Positions 55,416 to 64,000 of a stretch of DNA of 64,000 nt are shown here, piece after piece. The notes under the pieces were generated by a model that searched no databases, had not been told where the DNA came from, and saw only the letters and a list, made by a program, of their open reading frames with translations. The DNA is taken from NCBI GenBank assembly GCA_963749915.1, contig CAVVOP010000008.1:224001-288000 (forward strand), written 5' to 3'. Each line of letters starts with the position of its first letter. The stretch's first letter is position 1. The translations under genes and the position numbers were made by a program. The DNA comes from an uncultured cyanobacterium (GTDB taxonomy: Bacteria > Cyanobacteriota > Cyanobacteriia > Cyanobacteriales > Cyanobacteriaceae).

Positions 55416-56063
55416 TTATTTCTGGTTAATTTCGCCATCGAAAAGACTAACCCAAAATCGCTCTTTTCCCCTAACACCTGTACAAAACAATAATTCCTCC
55501 AACAAAGATAATGCCAATTTATTTAATTCCTCCGGGGCGGATAAATAAACAGATACTTTTGCACGACGAGGATTCATCCGACTGGTAAAATGGGATTGAA
55601 ACCTCCTAAAATATTCTGACAGACGGAAATTATTTTCTAATGGCATATCTTTGTCTCTCATCTGTTGAACAGACACTAACAGTTGTCGAATAGGAATTAT
55701 ACATTTTTTGGCACTTTCGGCAGTAATTAGCACTAAAGCCTTAGCTTGAGATAAAGTTAGTAAATCTCTGGTATAACATTTGCGCCAAGGATTGCTACAG
55801 CGTAACCGCCATAAACTAAGACGATTCTTGACAATCTCATTTAAACCCAATTCTTTGGCCGTTGCTAACATATATTCTGATCCGCCTAACTGTAAAGCTT
55901 CTAAGGCTAATAACAATAAATCGAGATGTTGTTGGAGTTTGATCATACCGCTAGTGGAGGGCAAAGAAAAATCCGTTAGTTGATGGAGGATTGCGGCTGG
56001 TGATTGATCTTCGGTAATTCGTTCAGGGTTGAAATCAGACATTAAAGAAGCAGATTGAGTCAT
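55416..56063 (-). CDS. DUF3038 family protein
   Basis: LDLLLLALEAL, LWRLR..NP.R, LLFCTG..G..RFWVSL.DG. Confidence 0.85.
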   Translation of the reverse strand: MTQSASLMSDFNPERITEDQSPAAILHQLTDFSLPSTSGMIKLQQHLDLLLLALEALQLGGSEYMLATAKELGLNEIVKNRLSLWRLRCSNPWRKCYTRDLLTLSQAKALVLITAESAKKCIIPIRQLLVSVQQMRDKDMPLENNFRLSEYFRRFQSHFTSRMNPRRAKVSVYLSAPEELNKLALSLLEELLFCTGVRGKERFWVSLFDGEINQK

Positions 56064-56236
56064 CAGAGAGTAATTAATAAATTAATAATTGATCATTGAC
56101 AATTGATAATTGATAAATAACTTTTATTGGTTGTCTTTTGCCTTACTCAATTGGTCATTATATTATACAATTCATTGTCTAAAGAAAAAAATTAGATTGC
56201 TCTATGGTCAAAATTTATGTTTAAATAGCAATTATT

Positions 56237-56758
56237 ATGGATTTAAAAGCTCTTATTCGTGATATACCTGATTTTCCTCAATCTGGCATTATTTTTCGAG
56301 ATATAACAACTTTACTCAAAAATCCCCAAGGTTTAAAGTATGTCATTGATAGTTTAGCGGTAGAGACGGAAAAACTAGATATCTTACCTGATTATATTGT
56401 CGGGATTGAGTCAAGGGGCTTTATTTTTGCTCCTGCTTTAGCCTATCATCTGGATGCTGGTTTTGTGCCAGTGCGTAAAAAAGGTAAATTACCAGCGGAG
56501 GTTTTTGCCATTGAATATGATTTAGAATATGGAACAGATATTCTCGAAATTCACCAAGATTCTTTTACGACAGGTGCGAAAGTAATGATTGTGGATGATG
56601 TAATCGCCACGGGAGGCACGGCTAAAGCCACGGCAGATTTACTAACTCAAATCGGTTGTGATATTGTGGCTTGTGGTTTCATTGTGGAATTAGAAGGTTT
56701 ACAGGGGAGACAGAAATTGCCTGATGTACCCATGGTTACACTAGTTAAGTATAGTTAG
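56237..56758 (+). CDS. apt: Adenine phosphoribosyltransferase
   Basis: [35 protein letters not shown]. Confidence 0.97.
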   Translation: MDLKALIRDIPDFPQSGIIFRDITTLLKNPQGLKYVIDSLAVETEKLDILPDYIVGIESRGFIFAPALAYHLDAGFVPVRKKGKLPAEVFAIEYDLEYGTDILEIHQDSFTTGAKVMIVDDVIATGGTAKATADLLTQIGCDIVACGFIVELEGLQGRQKLPDVPMVTLVKYS

Positions 56759-56972
56759 ATTTAACAAGGGAGACCAGATATTAACCCCATACCTATTTTA
56801 TCCCTACTAACTGCCATCGCATTGATACTAAATGGGTTCTATACGGTTCGTATCATCAAGATTAATGTATCGTATTGTTACGTTATCGGGTAGTTTTTTT
56901 TGAAATTTGTCTATTATGGGGTTGAACAGGCGGGCCGCGAGGTCCCATAAAAATTAAAACAATGATAAGCTT

Positions 56973-57887
56973 ATGCTGAGCAAAATCTGTGGTGTGATAG
57001 ACCAAGGGGATCTTCCACAAGCACCTTATAAAAACTTAGTGTCTGATTCTAAAAGTAGAGAAACAATTAAATTACCTTCAGATCTAATTTCTGAAAATTC
57101 TATTTTTGAATTAGAGGAACCAATAGATAAGCCTCTAAAAGGAATAGATAATTCTCCAAAAAACCGTCAAACAGTACGTATAAATGAGTTAGACGATTTA
57201 TTACATGGAGGCTTGTTGAGTGATACTTACGGAGTGGATCAAAATCACAGACCTGGTCATAAACCCCCTGGTGGTAATGCTTCATCACGCAGTAGTTATC
57301 CAATAGATTTTTTTACTGTTGCTCTTCACGAGATCGGCCATTCATTGGGTTTGTCACATGGGGATCCCAAGGATGGTAGAAAAGCTATTATGGATCCATT
57401 TTATAGTGGGCCAGAAACTGGTCTATATAAAAATGATAAACAAAGAATTAAGGCTTTATATAAAAATCTAAATGGTACAGGTAATCGCTGGAATGAAAAG
57501 AATGATCGAAATCCTGGCAATGGTGTTCTCGAGGTGACCTACAGTTTTATGCCTAATGGAACAAGATTAGATCAAGGAAGAAACAATTGGTATAAAAAGT
57601 TTAATGCTTTATTCCCAAGGAAAGAATGGTTAAATATTGTACAACGTGTATTTCAAGAATGGGAAGCCGCCATTGAGGAAGGCGGAATCAAAATAGATTT
57701 TATAAAGGTTTCGGATAATGGAGTACAATTTAACGCTCGAGGGAAAGGAAGTCAAGGAGACATTCGCATTGGCTCTCATCCTTTTGACGGACCATTAGGA
57801 GTATTAGCTCATGGTTACTATCCACCACCAAATGGGAATACAGCGGCCGGTGACGTTCATTTTGATTCATCGGAACACTGGGTTTAA
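56973..57887 (+). CDS. Matrixin (peptidase M10) family metalloprotease with permuted domain order
   Basis: HEIGHSLGLSH and the Met-turn AIMDPFY precede TYSF, DIRI, HPFDG..GVLAHGYYP and GDVHFD. Confidence 0.85.
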   Translation: MLSKICGVIDQGDLPQAPYKNLVSDSKSRETIKLPSDLISENSIFELEEPIDKPLKGIDNSPKNRQTVRINELDDLLHGGLLSDTYGVDQNHRPGHKPPGGNASSRSSYPIDFFTVALHEIGHSLGLSHGDPKDGRKAIMDPFYSGPETGLYKNDKQRIKALYKNLNGTGNRWNEKNDRNPGNGVLEVTYSFMPNGTRLDQGRNNWYKKFNALFPRKEWLNIVQRVFQEWEAAIEEGGIKIDFIKVSDNGVQFNARGKGSQGDIRIGSHPFDGPLGVLAHGYYPPPNGNTAAGDVHFDSSEHWV

Positions 57888-58225
57888 TCATCAAAATGAT
57901 CGATGGCGTTTATGGGAAAATGATTTAAATCGCTATAGCTACTGACTTTGTTTATATTGATTTTATCAGGAGAGCTTTACTTATGTCTCGAACTCCTCTT
58001 CCCTATCCTTGTCACAACACATAATTATTCAAATCCCTCGCAGTATTGAGTGGCATATTAAGTGGCAAACAGTGCATCATCTATGATCAGGAACAACAGC
58101 GGCCATGAGGGCGAGACTAACTAATGAGAGATGGAATTGGAACAACTTGGCACTCTATCCCACACTTCTTTGATACACGACCAGAAAAGCTAGTCTAACT
58201 TTTCACGGCATCTTTTTCGGTTGAC

Positions 58226-58267
58226 AGGTGTTAGGTGTTAGGGGTTGGGTGTTAGGATTAGGGATTG
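58226..58267 (+). repeat. Heptamer tandem array (AGGTGTT-like), mirrored at 58688-58718
   Basis: AGGTGTT AGGTGTT AGGGGTT GGGTGTT AGGATTA; complementary array CCCTATCACCCAACCCCTAACACCCAAACCCT after the ORF. Confidence 0.8.
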
Positions 58268-58315
58268 AGGATAAGCTTTAATAGTTGAACAGTCAAAAAA
58301 AACACTTAGAAACTG

Positions 58316-58681
58316 ATGGGAATACAATCCTATAGAGACTTAAAGGTTTGGCAAACAGGCATGGATTTAGCAGAAGAATGCTACTTAGTTACTCGCAATT
58401 TCCCCAAAGAAGAACTTTACGGGTTAATTTCTCAGATTCGTCGAGCATCAGCCTCTATTCCCGCCAATGTCGCTGAGGGGCATAGTCGAAAAACCCGAAA
58501 AGAATATATACAGTTTTTATACATAGCACAAGGCTCTCTTAAAGAATTAGAAACTCATCTTTTATTGTCGAAAAGGGTAAAGTTAGGAGAGGGGAAAGTC
58601 ATTGATTCTCTTTTAAATAGATGTGAATCCCTCGGAAGATTATTATCAGCATTGATTCGTGCCCTCGAAAACAAAAACTGA
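58316..58681 (+). CDS. Four-helix-bundle protein (23S rRNA intervening sequence protein / Avd-like family)
   Basis: SYRDLKVWQ, FPKEELYGL.SQIRRA..SIPAN.AEG, FL.IA.GS..ELETHL. Confidence 0.93.
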   Translation: MGIQSYRDLKVWQTGMDLAEECYLVTRNFPKEELYGLISQIRRASASIPANVAEGHSRKTRKEYIQFLYIAQGSLKELETHLLLSKRVKLGEGKVIDSLLNRCESLGRLLSALIRALENKN

Positions 58682-58770
58682 ATTTTCCCTATCACCCAAC
58701 CCCTAACACCCAAACCCTTTCTCAGGGAAAAGATACCGTGAAAAGTCAGAAAAGCTAGTGGGGCTCAATT

Positions 58771-60033
58771 ATGGATTTAATCATCATTACCCGTTTATTT
58801 ATAGCCTTAGTCTTAGGTTTAATTATTGGTTTAGAAAGAGGTTGGACTAGTCGAAAAACTCCCCCAGAATCAGGTAGTGGTGGTTTGAGAAATTTTGGCT
58901 TGGTGGGATTATTCGGTGGTGTAGCAGCTTTATTAGCAGAGCATTGGGGCAATGGTGTTCTGGCGGCTATTTTTTTAGGACTATCAATTTTGGTAAGTAC
59001 ATCTTATGTTTTGAGTGCACAAAAATCTCAGGATTATGGTAGTACTACAGAGCTAGCTTTACTGATTACTTTTATTTTAGGTGCTTTAGTTATCAATGGC
59101 TATGGTTTGGAGGCAATTGCCGTTGCAGTTATTGTTACTTGGTTATTAAAGTTAAAACCAGAAATTCATCAGATGCTCATTTGGCTCACCAAGCAAGAGT
59201 TAGTGGCAACCCTGCAACTATTATTATTATCCTTAGTTACTTTGCCTTTGCTTCCCAATCAAGATCTAGGACCTTGGCAAGCTCTTAATCCTAGAGCGAT
59301 AGGTCTTTTAGTTTTACTAATCATTAGTATTTCCTATGTAGGTTATTTCATCATTCGTCTTTGGCAAAATAAAGCAGGTATCTTGTTAGTAGGACTCTTA
59401 GGAGGATTAGCTTCTTCTACCGCTACAACTATTGCTTTAGCTCGCATTGCCAAACAAAAACAAGCCCCCATTAAACTTCTGGCTACGGCCATCGCTTTAG
59501 CGACGGGAACAATGGCTCCTCGTTTACTCTTAGTAATAGCAGTAATTAATTCTCAATTAGCAAATAAATTAGCTATTCCCTTAATAATCTTAGGATTTAT
59601 TCCCGTAATTATCGCTTTAATCTTAATTGGAAAAGGAATTGATCAAAAAACGACTAACATACCATTTCAACTCTTTAATCCTTTTGAAATTAGTATTGCA
59701 CTTCAATACTCTTTGATTCTGGTGATTCTCTCACTTCTAATAAAAGTTGGAGAACAATGGTTAGGAAATACCGGAATATATCTAGTTTCTGCCTTTTCCG
59801 GATTAGCAGATGTTGATGCGATCAGTATTTCCTTAGCTCGTATGACTAATCAAACCATCGCTTTTTCTGTGGCACAAATAAGTATTTTTCTGGCTGTAAC
59901 CATGAATATCATAGTTAAAATCTTTTTAACTAGATTTATCGGTGGCAAGGAATTATCTCGTTGGTGCGGAATTATTTTACTGGGCTCTCTTGTTCTCAGT
60001 GGTTTAACTATTTGGGGATTAAATATAATTTAA
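58771..60033 (+). CDS. MgtC/SapB family membrane protein with a DUF4010 domain
   Basis: GLIIGLER, GLRNF, GSTTE, LLPN, GGLASSTA, SGLADVDAI. Confidence 0.88.
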   Translation: MDLIIITRLFIALVLGLIIGLERGWTSRKTPPESGSGGLRNFGLVGLFGGVAALLAEHWGNGVLAAIFLGLSILVSTSYVLSAQKSQDYGSTTELALLITFILGALVINGYGLEAIAVAVIVTWLLKLKPEIHQMLIWLTKQELVATLQLLLLSLVTLPLLPNQDLGPWQALNPRAIGLLVLLIISISYVGYFIIRLWQNKAGILLVGLLGGLASSTATTIALARIAKQKQAPIKLLATAIALATGTMAPRLLLVIAVINSQLANKLAIPLIILGFIPVIIALILIGKGIDQKTTNIPFQLFNPFEISIALQYSLILVILSLLIKVGEQWLGNTGIYLVSAFSGLADVDAISISLARMTNQTIAFSVAQISIFLAVTMNIIVKIFLTRFIGGKELSRWCGIILLGSLVLSGLTIWGLNII

Positions 60034-60081
60034 CCTACATTCAGCAGATTTCTCAACAAAGGAAATTCTTAATGCAGAGGG

Positions 60082-60163
60082 CAGAAGGTAATAAATTCGT
60101 GTCACTTATTACTTATTACTTATTACTTTTCCCTCACAGTAACCTTTTCGGCACGCTTTCGAG
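60082..60163. repeat. Dispersed repeat family B (copy 3) with a TTATTAC heptamer core
   Basis: CAGAAG..AATAAATTCGTG, (TTATTAC)x3, end 32/37 identical to 35556-35592. Confidence 0.65.
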
Positions 60164-60202
60164 ATTGTAAGTTCGGCGGCACCAATGGACAATTAACCTT
60201 GA

Positions 60203-61180
60203 TTAGGTTTCTAAGAAGACTCCTAAGTTACGGAATTTTTGGTACCTGAGTTCTTTTCTTTCTTCGGAGGTAAGGTTCCATAAGTATTCTAAATTTTCTA
60301 AAATACCTTGTTTGAGAATAGCAGCAGTGGCAAGGGGATCGGAATGTGCACATCCGGGGGGTTCCGGTAATATTTGATCGATGATGCCTAATTCTTTTAA
60401 GTCTTTAGCTGTAATTTTCAGGGCGATGGCAGCTTGATCTGATTTTTTGGCATCCTTCCATAATATGGCGGCACAGGCTTCCGGACTAGCTACGGTATAA
60501 ACAGAGTGTTCAAACATCATCAATTTTTCGGCAACACCAATTCCTAATGCACCTCCAGAACCTCCTTCCCCAATTACTGTAGTAATGATGGGCACATCTA
60601 AACTAAACATTTCCCTTAGATTATAAGCGATCGCTTCCCCTTGTCCTAATTTTTCGGCTTCTACTCCAGCATAAGCTCCCGGAGTGTCTATAAAGGTGAT
60701 AATAGGCATAGAAAAGCGGTTAGCGTGTTCCATTAAACGCATGGCTTTACGATAACCTCCGGGGGATGCCATGCCAAAATTACGAGCTACGTTGTCTTTT
60801 GTATCCCTTCCTTTTTGATGTCCAATAATTATAACTGCACGACCGTCTAATTTAGCAATACCGCCAATTAAGGCAGGATCGTCATAACCTCGACGATCGC
60901 CATGTAACTCGAACCATTCATCGGTCATAGCTTGGATATAATCAAGGGTAGACGGGCGACGGGGATGACGGGCGACTTGTAGTTTTTGCGATGGAGTTAA
61001 GGTGCTAAAAATTTCTTTGCGTAGTTGTTCAGCTCTACCCTCTAATTCTTGGAGTTGTTCGGAAACATCCACCTGATTTTCCTCTGCCAATTCACGAATT
61101 TGACTAATTCTAGCCTGTAATTCTACTAGGGGTTTTTCAAATTCTAATAAAAAGGTACGTTTTTGTTCTGTTTTTGCCAT
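60203..61180 (-). CDS. accA: Acetyl-CoA carboxylase carboxyltransferase alpha subunit
   Basis: [38 protein letters not shown]. Confidence 0.98.
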   Translation of the reverse strand: MAKTEQKRTFLLEFEKPLVELQARISQIRELAEENQVDVSEQLQELEGRAEQLRKEIFSTLTPSQKLQVARHPRRPSTLDYIQAMTDEWFELHGDRRGYDDPALIGGIAKLDGRAVIIIGHQKGRDTKDNVARNFGMASPGGYRKAMRLMEHANRFSMPIITFIDTPGAYAGVEAEKLGQGEAIAYNLREMFSLDVPIITTVIGEGGSGGALGIGVAEKLMMFEHSVYTVASPEACAAILWKDAKKSDQAAIALKITAKDLKELGIIDQILPEPPGCAHSDPLATAAILKQGILENLEYLWNLTSEERKELRYQKFRNLGVFLET

Positions 61181-61311
61181 AAAAATTTTTTATATAAGTA
61201 AATAATTAAGAATTGCGTCGGTGGAATTAGTAACAGCTTAAAAAAACTATTAGAGCTTTGTATTGGGTTTCCATTTGCTCAATTCAACCCACGAGAAGTC
61301 TGTTAGGAAGC

Positions 61312-62229
61312 TTAAATTAAACCGAGACATAACAATAAACCACTGAAAAAGTGTAGGTTAACGGCGATAAATTTACTATTTTTCACTTTCTCTGGTCGAT
61401 TATGATATTTATTAACATGGTTAGTTAATTGATAAGCGATGGGCACACTTAGCATTACGATTAAAGCACTATCGGGTAATATTTTTACTACTGTCAACAG
61501 GACACATAAGCCGTAAAATAGAATTACAGATATTGTTAAGACTTTTGAACCTAAATCCGTTCCTAGTCTAACAATAGGAGATTTTTTACCGGCGGCTATA
61601 TCATCTTTGACCTGATGAAAATGGGAACAAAAAAGGATAATTGAGGTTGATATGCCAATAATACTCGATGCCCAGAGAGAAGACAAGGAAAATAATTGGG
61701 TTTGACTATAATAAGCTGATGCGATGGCCATGGGACCGAAGGCCACAAAACAGATTAATTCTCCTAAACCTAAGTAACCAAAGCGGAAAGGAGGTCCTTG
61801 ATAACTATAACCTAAGGCACAGGAAGTCATAATTAACCATAACACCGTCCAGTCTTTGAGCCAATAATTAATTAAGAGAATCCCTCCGAAACCTAATAGT
61901 ATACACATCATACTAATCCAGAAAACAAGGGTTTTATTTCCTGTCAGATTCACCACCGAATGTGCTTTATTCACGTCAATTCCCGTATCAGAGTCAAAAA
62001 CATCATTACTGAGATTTAGCCATGCGATAATAAAAATTGCCGATAATAAAAAAGTGATAAAAATATCGCGGTGAAATATCCCTGTTTCTGCGTAGGCTAA
62101 AGCAGTACCAAAACTAATAGGAATAATGGCCACAGTGTACATGGGCGGTTTTATCGCCGCAAACCAAAGTTGACGTTTACTCGGTGATTGATTGACAATT
62201 AAGGATGTTGTTTCATCGGTTATGGTCAT
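61312..62229 (-). CDS. menA: DHNA phytyltransferase (phylloquinone biosynthesis)
   Basis: AAIKPPMY, NDVFDSDTGID, YQGPPFR, D..AGK.SPIVRLG; divergent from menF. Confidence 0.92.
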   Translation of the reverse strand: MTITDETTSLIVNQSPSKRQLWFAAIKPPMYTVAIIPISFGTALAYAETGIFHRDIFITFLLSAIFIIAWLNLSNDVFDSDTGIDVNKAHSVVNLTGNKTLVFWISMMCILLGFGGILLINYWLKDWTVLWLIMTSCALGYSYQGPPFRFGYLGLGELICFVAFGPMAIASAYYSQTQLFSLSSLWASSIIGISTSIILFCSHFHQVKDDIAAGKKSPIVRLGTDLGSKVLTISVILFYGLCVLLTVVKILPDSALIVMLSVPIAYQLTNHVNKYHNRPEKVKNSKFIAVNLHFFSGLLLCLGLI

Positions 62230-62338
62230 GATCTTTAATTAGATATGATAGTTAGGAATATCAATTCATTATTTTCTATTGTTAATTGTCTATTGTCCAC
62301 CGTTAATTGTCCATCTAAATATTTGTAGTATTCGCTTT

Positions 62339-63769
62339 ATGCCTGTAATGCCTAACAACTTTCATCTTTTAGATTATCCTAATGCTTTCAAAGAGTTAAT
62401 TTTTCTGGCAAAATCTCAAGAAAACCAAGATAAAAATAATCATAATATCATCTCTATTTCTCATGTTATTGAGCCCATTGATCCTTTAATTTTTCTCTCG
62501 GTTATGAAAGAAAATAATCAGGTCTCTTTTTATTGGGATAATCAAAGAAAACAAGAGGCAGTGGTAGCGATCGGGGCAATTAAAAGTTTAAAGGTTAATG
62601 GAGACAAAACATTAGAAAATATAGCCAATGTAAATAGGTTTTATCAGTGTCAAAATTTTGTTAAAAATACTTTAAAAAATATCGATTATACTAGTAGCTT
62701 TTCAAATAATTTATATCCTCATTTTTTTTCTTATTTTACTTTCTTAAATAAACAAAATAATTATAGGTCATCTTTTTCCTTAGCAACTATTTTTCTCCCC
62801 TACATACAATTATTTAAAAAACAAGACAATTATACATTAACTATTAATACATACAATAATAATATCAAAAAAATTAACCAATGTATTGAAGATAATTTTA
62901 GCGAAAAAATAACATTAAATTATCAAGTAAAAAATGAACAAGAAAGCCCTCTATATTATAGTCTAGAGGAATCACAATATCAACCTTTTATCAATAAAGT
63001 TTATCAAGGATTAGAAGCTATTAATACTCAAAAATTAACGAAAATAGTAGTAGCCCACGCTTTACAGGTAAAAACAAACCAAAATTTTAATATTGTTAAA
63101 TCCCTCGATAATTTAAGAAAAAATCATCCTGATTGTTATATTTTTGCCATCGGTAATGAAGAAGGAGAAAATTTTATCGGTGCAAGTCCTGAAAGATTAC
63201 TTTCCATTCAGGATCATCAACTGGTAACTGATGCTTTAGCTGGATCCGCCCCCAGAGGGAAAAATGAAGGAGAAGATCTTATAATGGGGAAAAATTTACT
63301 CAATAGTGAGAAGGAAAAAAGAGAACATCAAGTAGTTAGTGACTTTATTTTTGAGCGGTTATCAAACATGGGTTTAAATCCCAAAAAGGCATCATTACAA
63401 CTTTTAAAATTATCAAATATTCAACATTTATGGACACCGATTTATGCGCAAATAACTTCTAATATTACACCTCTTGAAATTGTCAATAAGTTACACCCAA
63501 CCCCAGCCGTGGCAGGTGAACCAATTAATATTGCCTGTGGGGAAATTGAGGCCTCAGAAGATTTTGATCGTTCTTTATATGCCGCCCCCATTGGTTGGTT
63601 AGATATGCAAGGTAATTGCGAATTTATTGTGGGAATTAGATCTGCTTTAATTAAAGGAAATTCTGCCCTTTTATATGCTGGTGCTGGGATCGTAGCAGGA
63701 TCTAAACCTGAGCAAGAATTAACGGAAATCAAGCTGAAATTTCAAGCACTTTTACAAGGGTTAATCTAA
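62339..63769 (+). CDS. menF: Isochorismate synthase
   Basis: GASPERL, ALAGS, KE.REH, LHPTPAV, AGAGIV..S....E..E...K. Confidence 0.92.
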   Translation: MPVMPNNFHLLDYPNAFKELIFLAKSQENQDKNNHNIISISHVIEPIDPLIFLSVMKENNQVSFYWDNQRKQEAVVAIGAIKSLKVNGDKTLENIANVNRFYQCQNFVKNTLKNIDYTSSFSNNLYPHFFSYFTFLNKQNNYRSSFSLATIFLPYIQLFKKQDNYTLTINTYNNNIKKINQCIEDNFSEKITLNYQVKNEQESPLYYSLEESQYQPFINKVYQGLEAINTQKLTKIVVAHALQVKTNQNFNIVKSLDNLRKNHPDCYIFAIGNEEGENFIGASPERLLSIQDHQLVTDALAGSAPRGKNEGEDLIMGKNLLNSEKEKREHQVVSDFIFERLSNMGLNPKKASLQLLKLSNIQHLWTPIYAQITSNITPLEIVNKLHPTPAVAGEPINIACGEIEASEDFDRSLYAAPIGWLDMQGNCEFIVGIRSALIKGNSALLYAGAGIVAGSKPEQELTEIKLKFQALLQGLI

Positions 63770-64000
63770 CAATTAACCATTAATTATTAAATGTTAATCC
63801 CCATAGGACTATATTGAATTTCTGGCTAAGGAAAAAGAATGAAGAAGATTCATCTTTAATTTAAGATATAGATTAACTATTGAATAAGTTTACAAAAATT
63901 TATGTTTAAATTCGTCAGTAAAGATTTTTGGCAAAAATTAACTTCCATTCTCTTAGCAATGGGAGTTACTAATCCCTCTTTAGCCGCTGTACCAAGAAAT

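Larger units (their letters stand above)
58195..58749. mobile_element. 555-bp non-autonomous element, family A, carrying a four-helix-bundle gene
   Basis: 22-bp TIRs (20/22 match); direct repeat AAAAGCTAGT at 58185-58194 and 58750-58759. Confidence 0.85.

Noticed and set aside
56867..56881. NtcA site upstream of the protease
   Set aside because: Spacing is GTA-N9-TAC, not the required N8.
56973..57887. Protease gene restored to normal order by excision and circularisation of DNA
   Set aside because: No convincing direct repeats or att-like sites at the two permutation boundaries (only TTCATC), and no recombinase nearby.
58316..58681. Diversity-generating retroelement, because the protein is Avd-like
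   Set aside because: No reverse transcriptase and no template/variable repeat pair seen in the window.

Overview
AT-rich cyanobacterial chromosomal window. It has frequent HIP1 GCGATCGC octamers, heptamer tandem repeats and genes such as nblA, raf1, cruF, zds and hmpF; the style suggests a unicellular Geminocystis/Cyanobacterium-like strain, which is inference only. Most of the window is housekeeping (suhB-like, tgt, cobS, folP, tpiA, thrC-like plus MoaD/ThiS, zds, cruF, rsmI, aat, ruvC, msrA, raf1, proS, apt, accA, menA, menF). Reading the sequence directly adds three features absent from the ORF track: nblA, a probable 6S RNA and a probable Yfr2 sRNA. There are two accessory zones. (i) ~34.4-46 kb is a mosaic of Uma2 nucleases, a HigBA-type toxin-antitoxin pair and abutting fragments of IS1634, Tn3 and ISL3 transposases, a sulfotransferase, a K+ channel, a MoxR/SAV_2336 system and a photolyase, plus a GC-rich frameshifted multicopper oxidase. 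(ii) ~56.9-60.2 kb holds the two most striking items: an apparently circularly permuted matrixin (MMP-like) metalloprotease with a cysteine-switch-like motif, and a 555-bp non-autonomous element (22-bp TIRs, perfect 10-bp target duplication) carrying a four-helix-bundle gene between inverted heptamer arrays. A gene-less relative of that element lies at 36.3 kb. No rRNA, tRNA or CRISPR array was seen. All family assignments come from motif recognition by eye, not from database searches.
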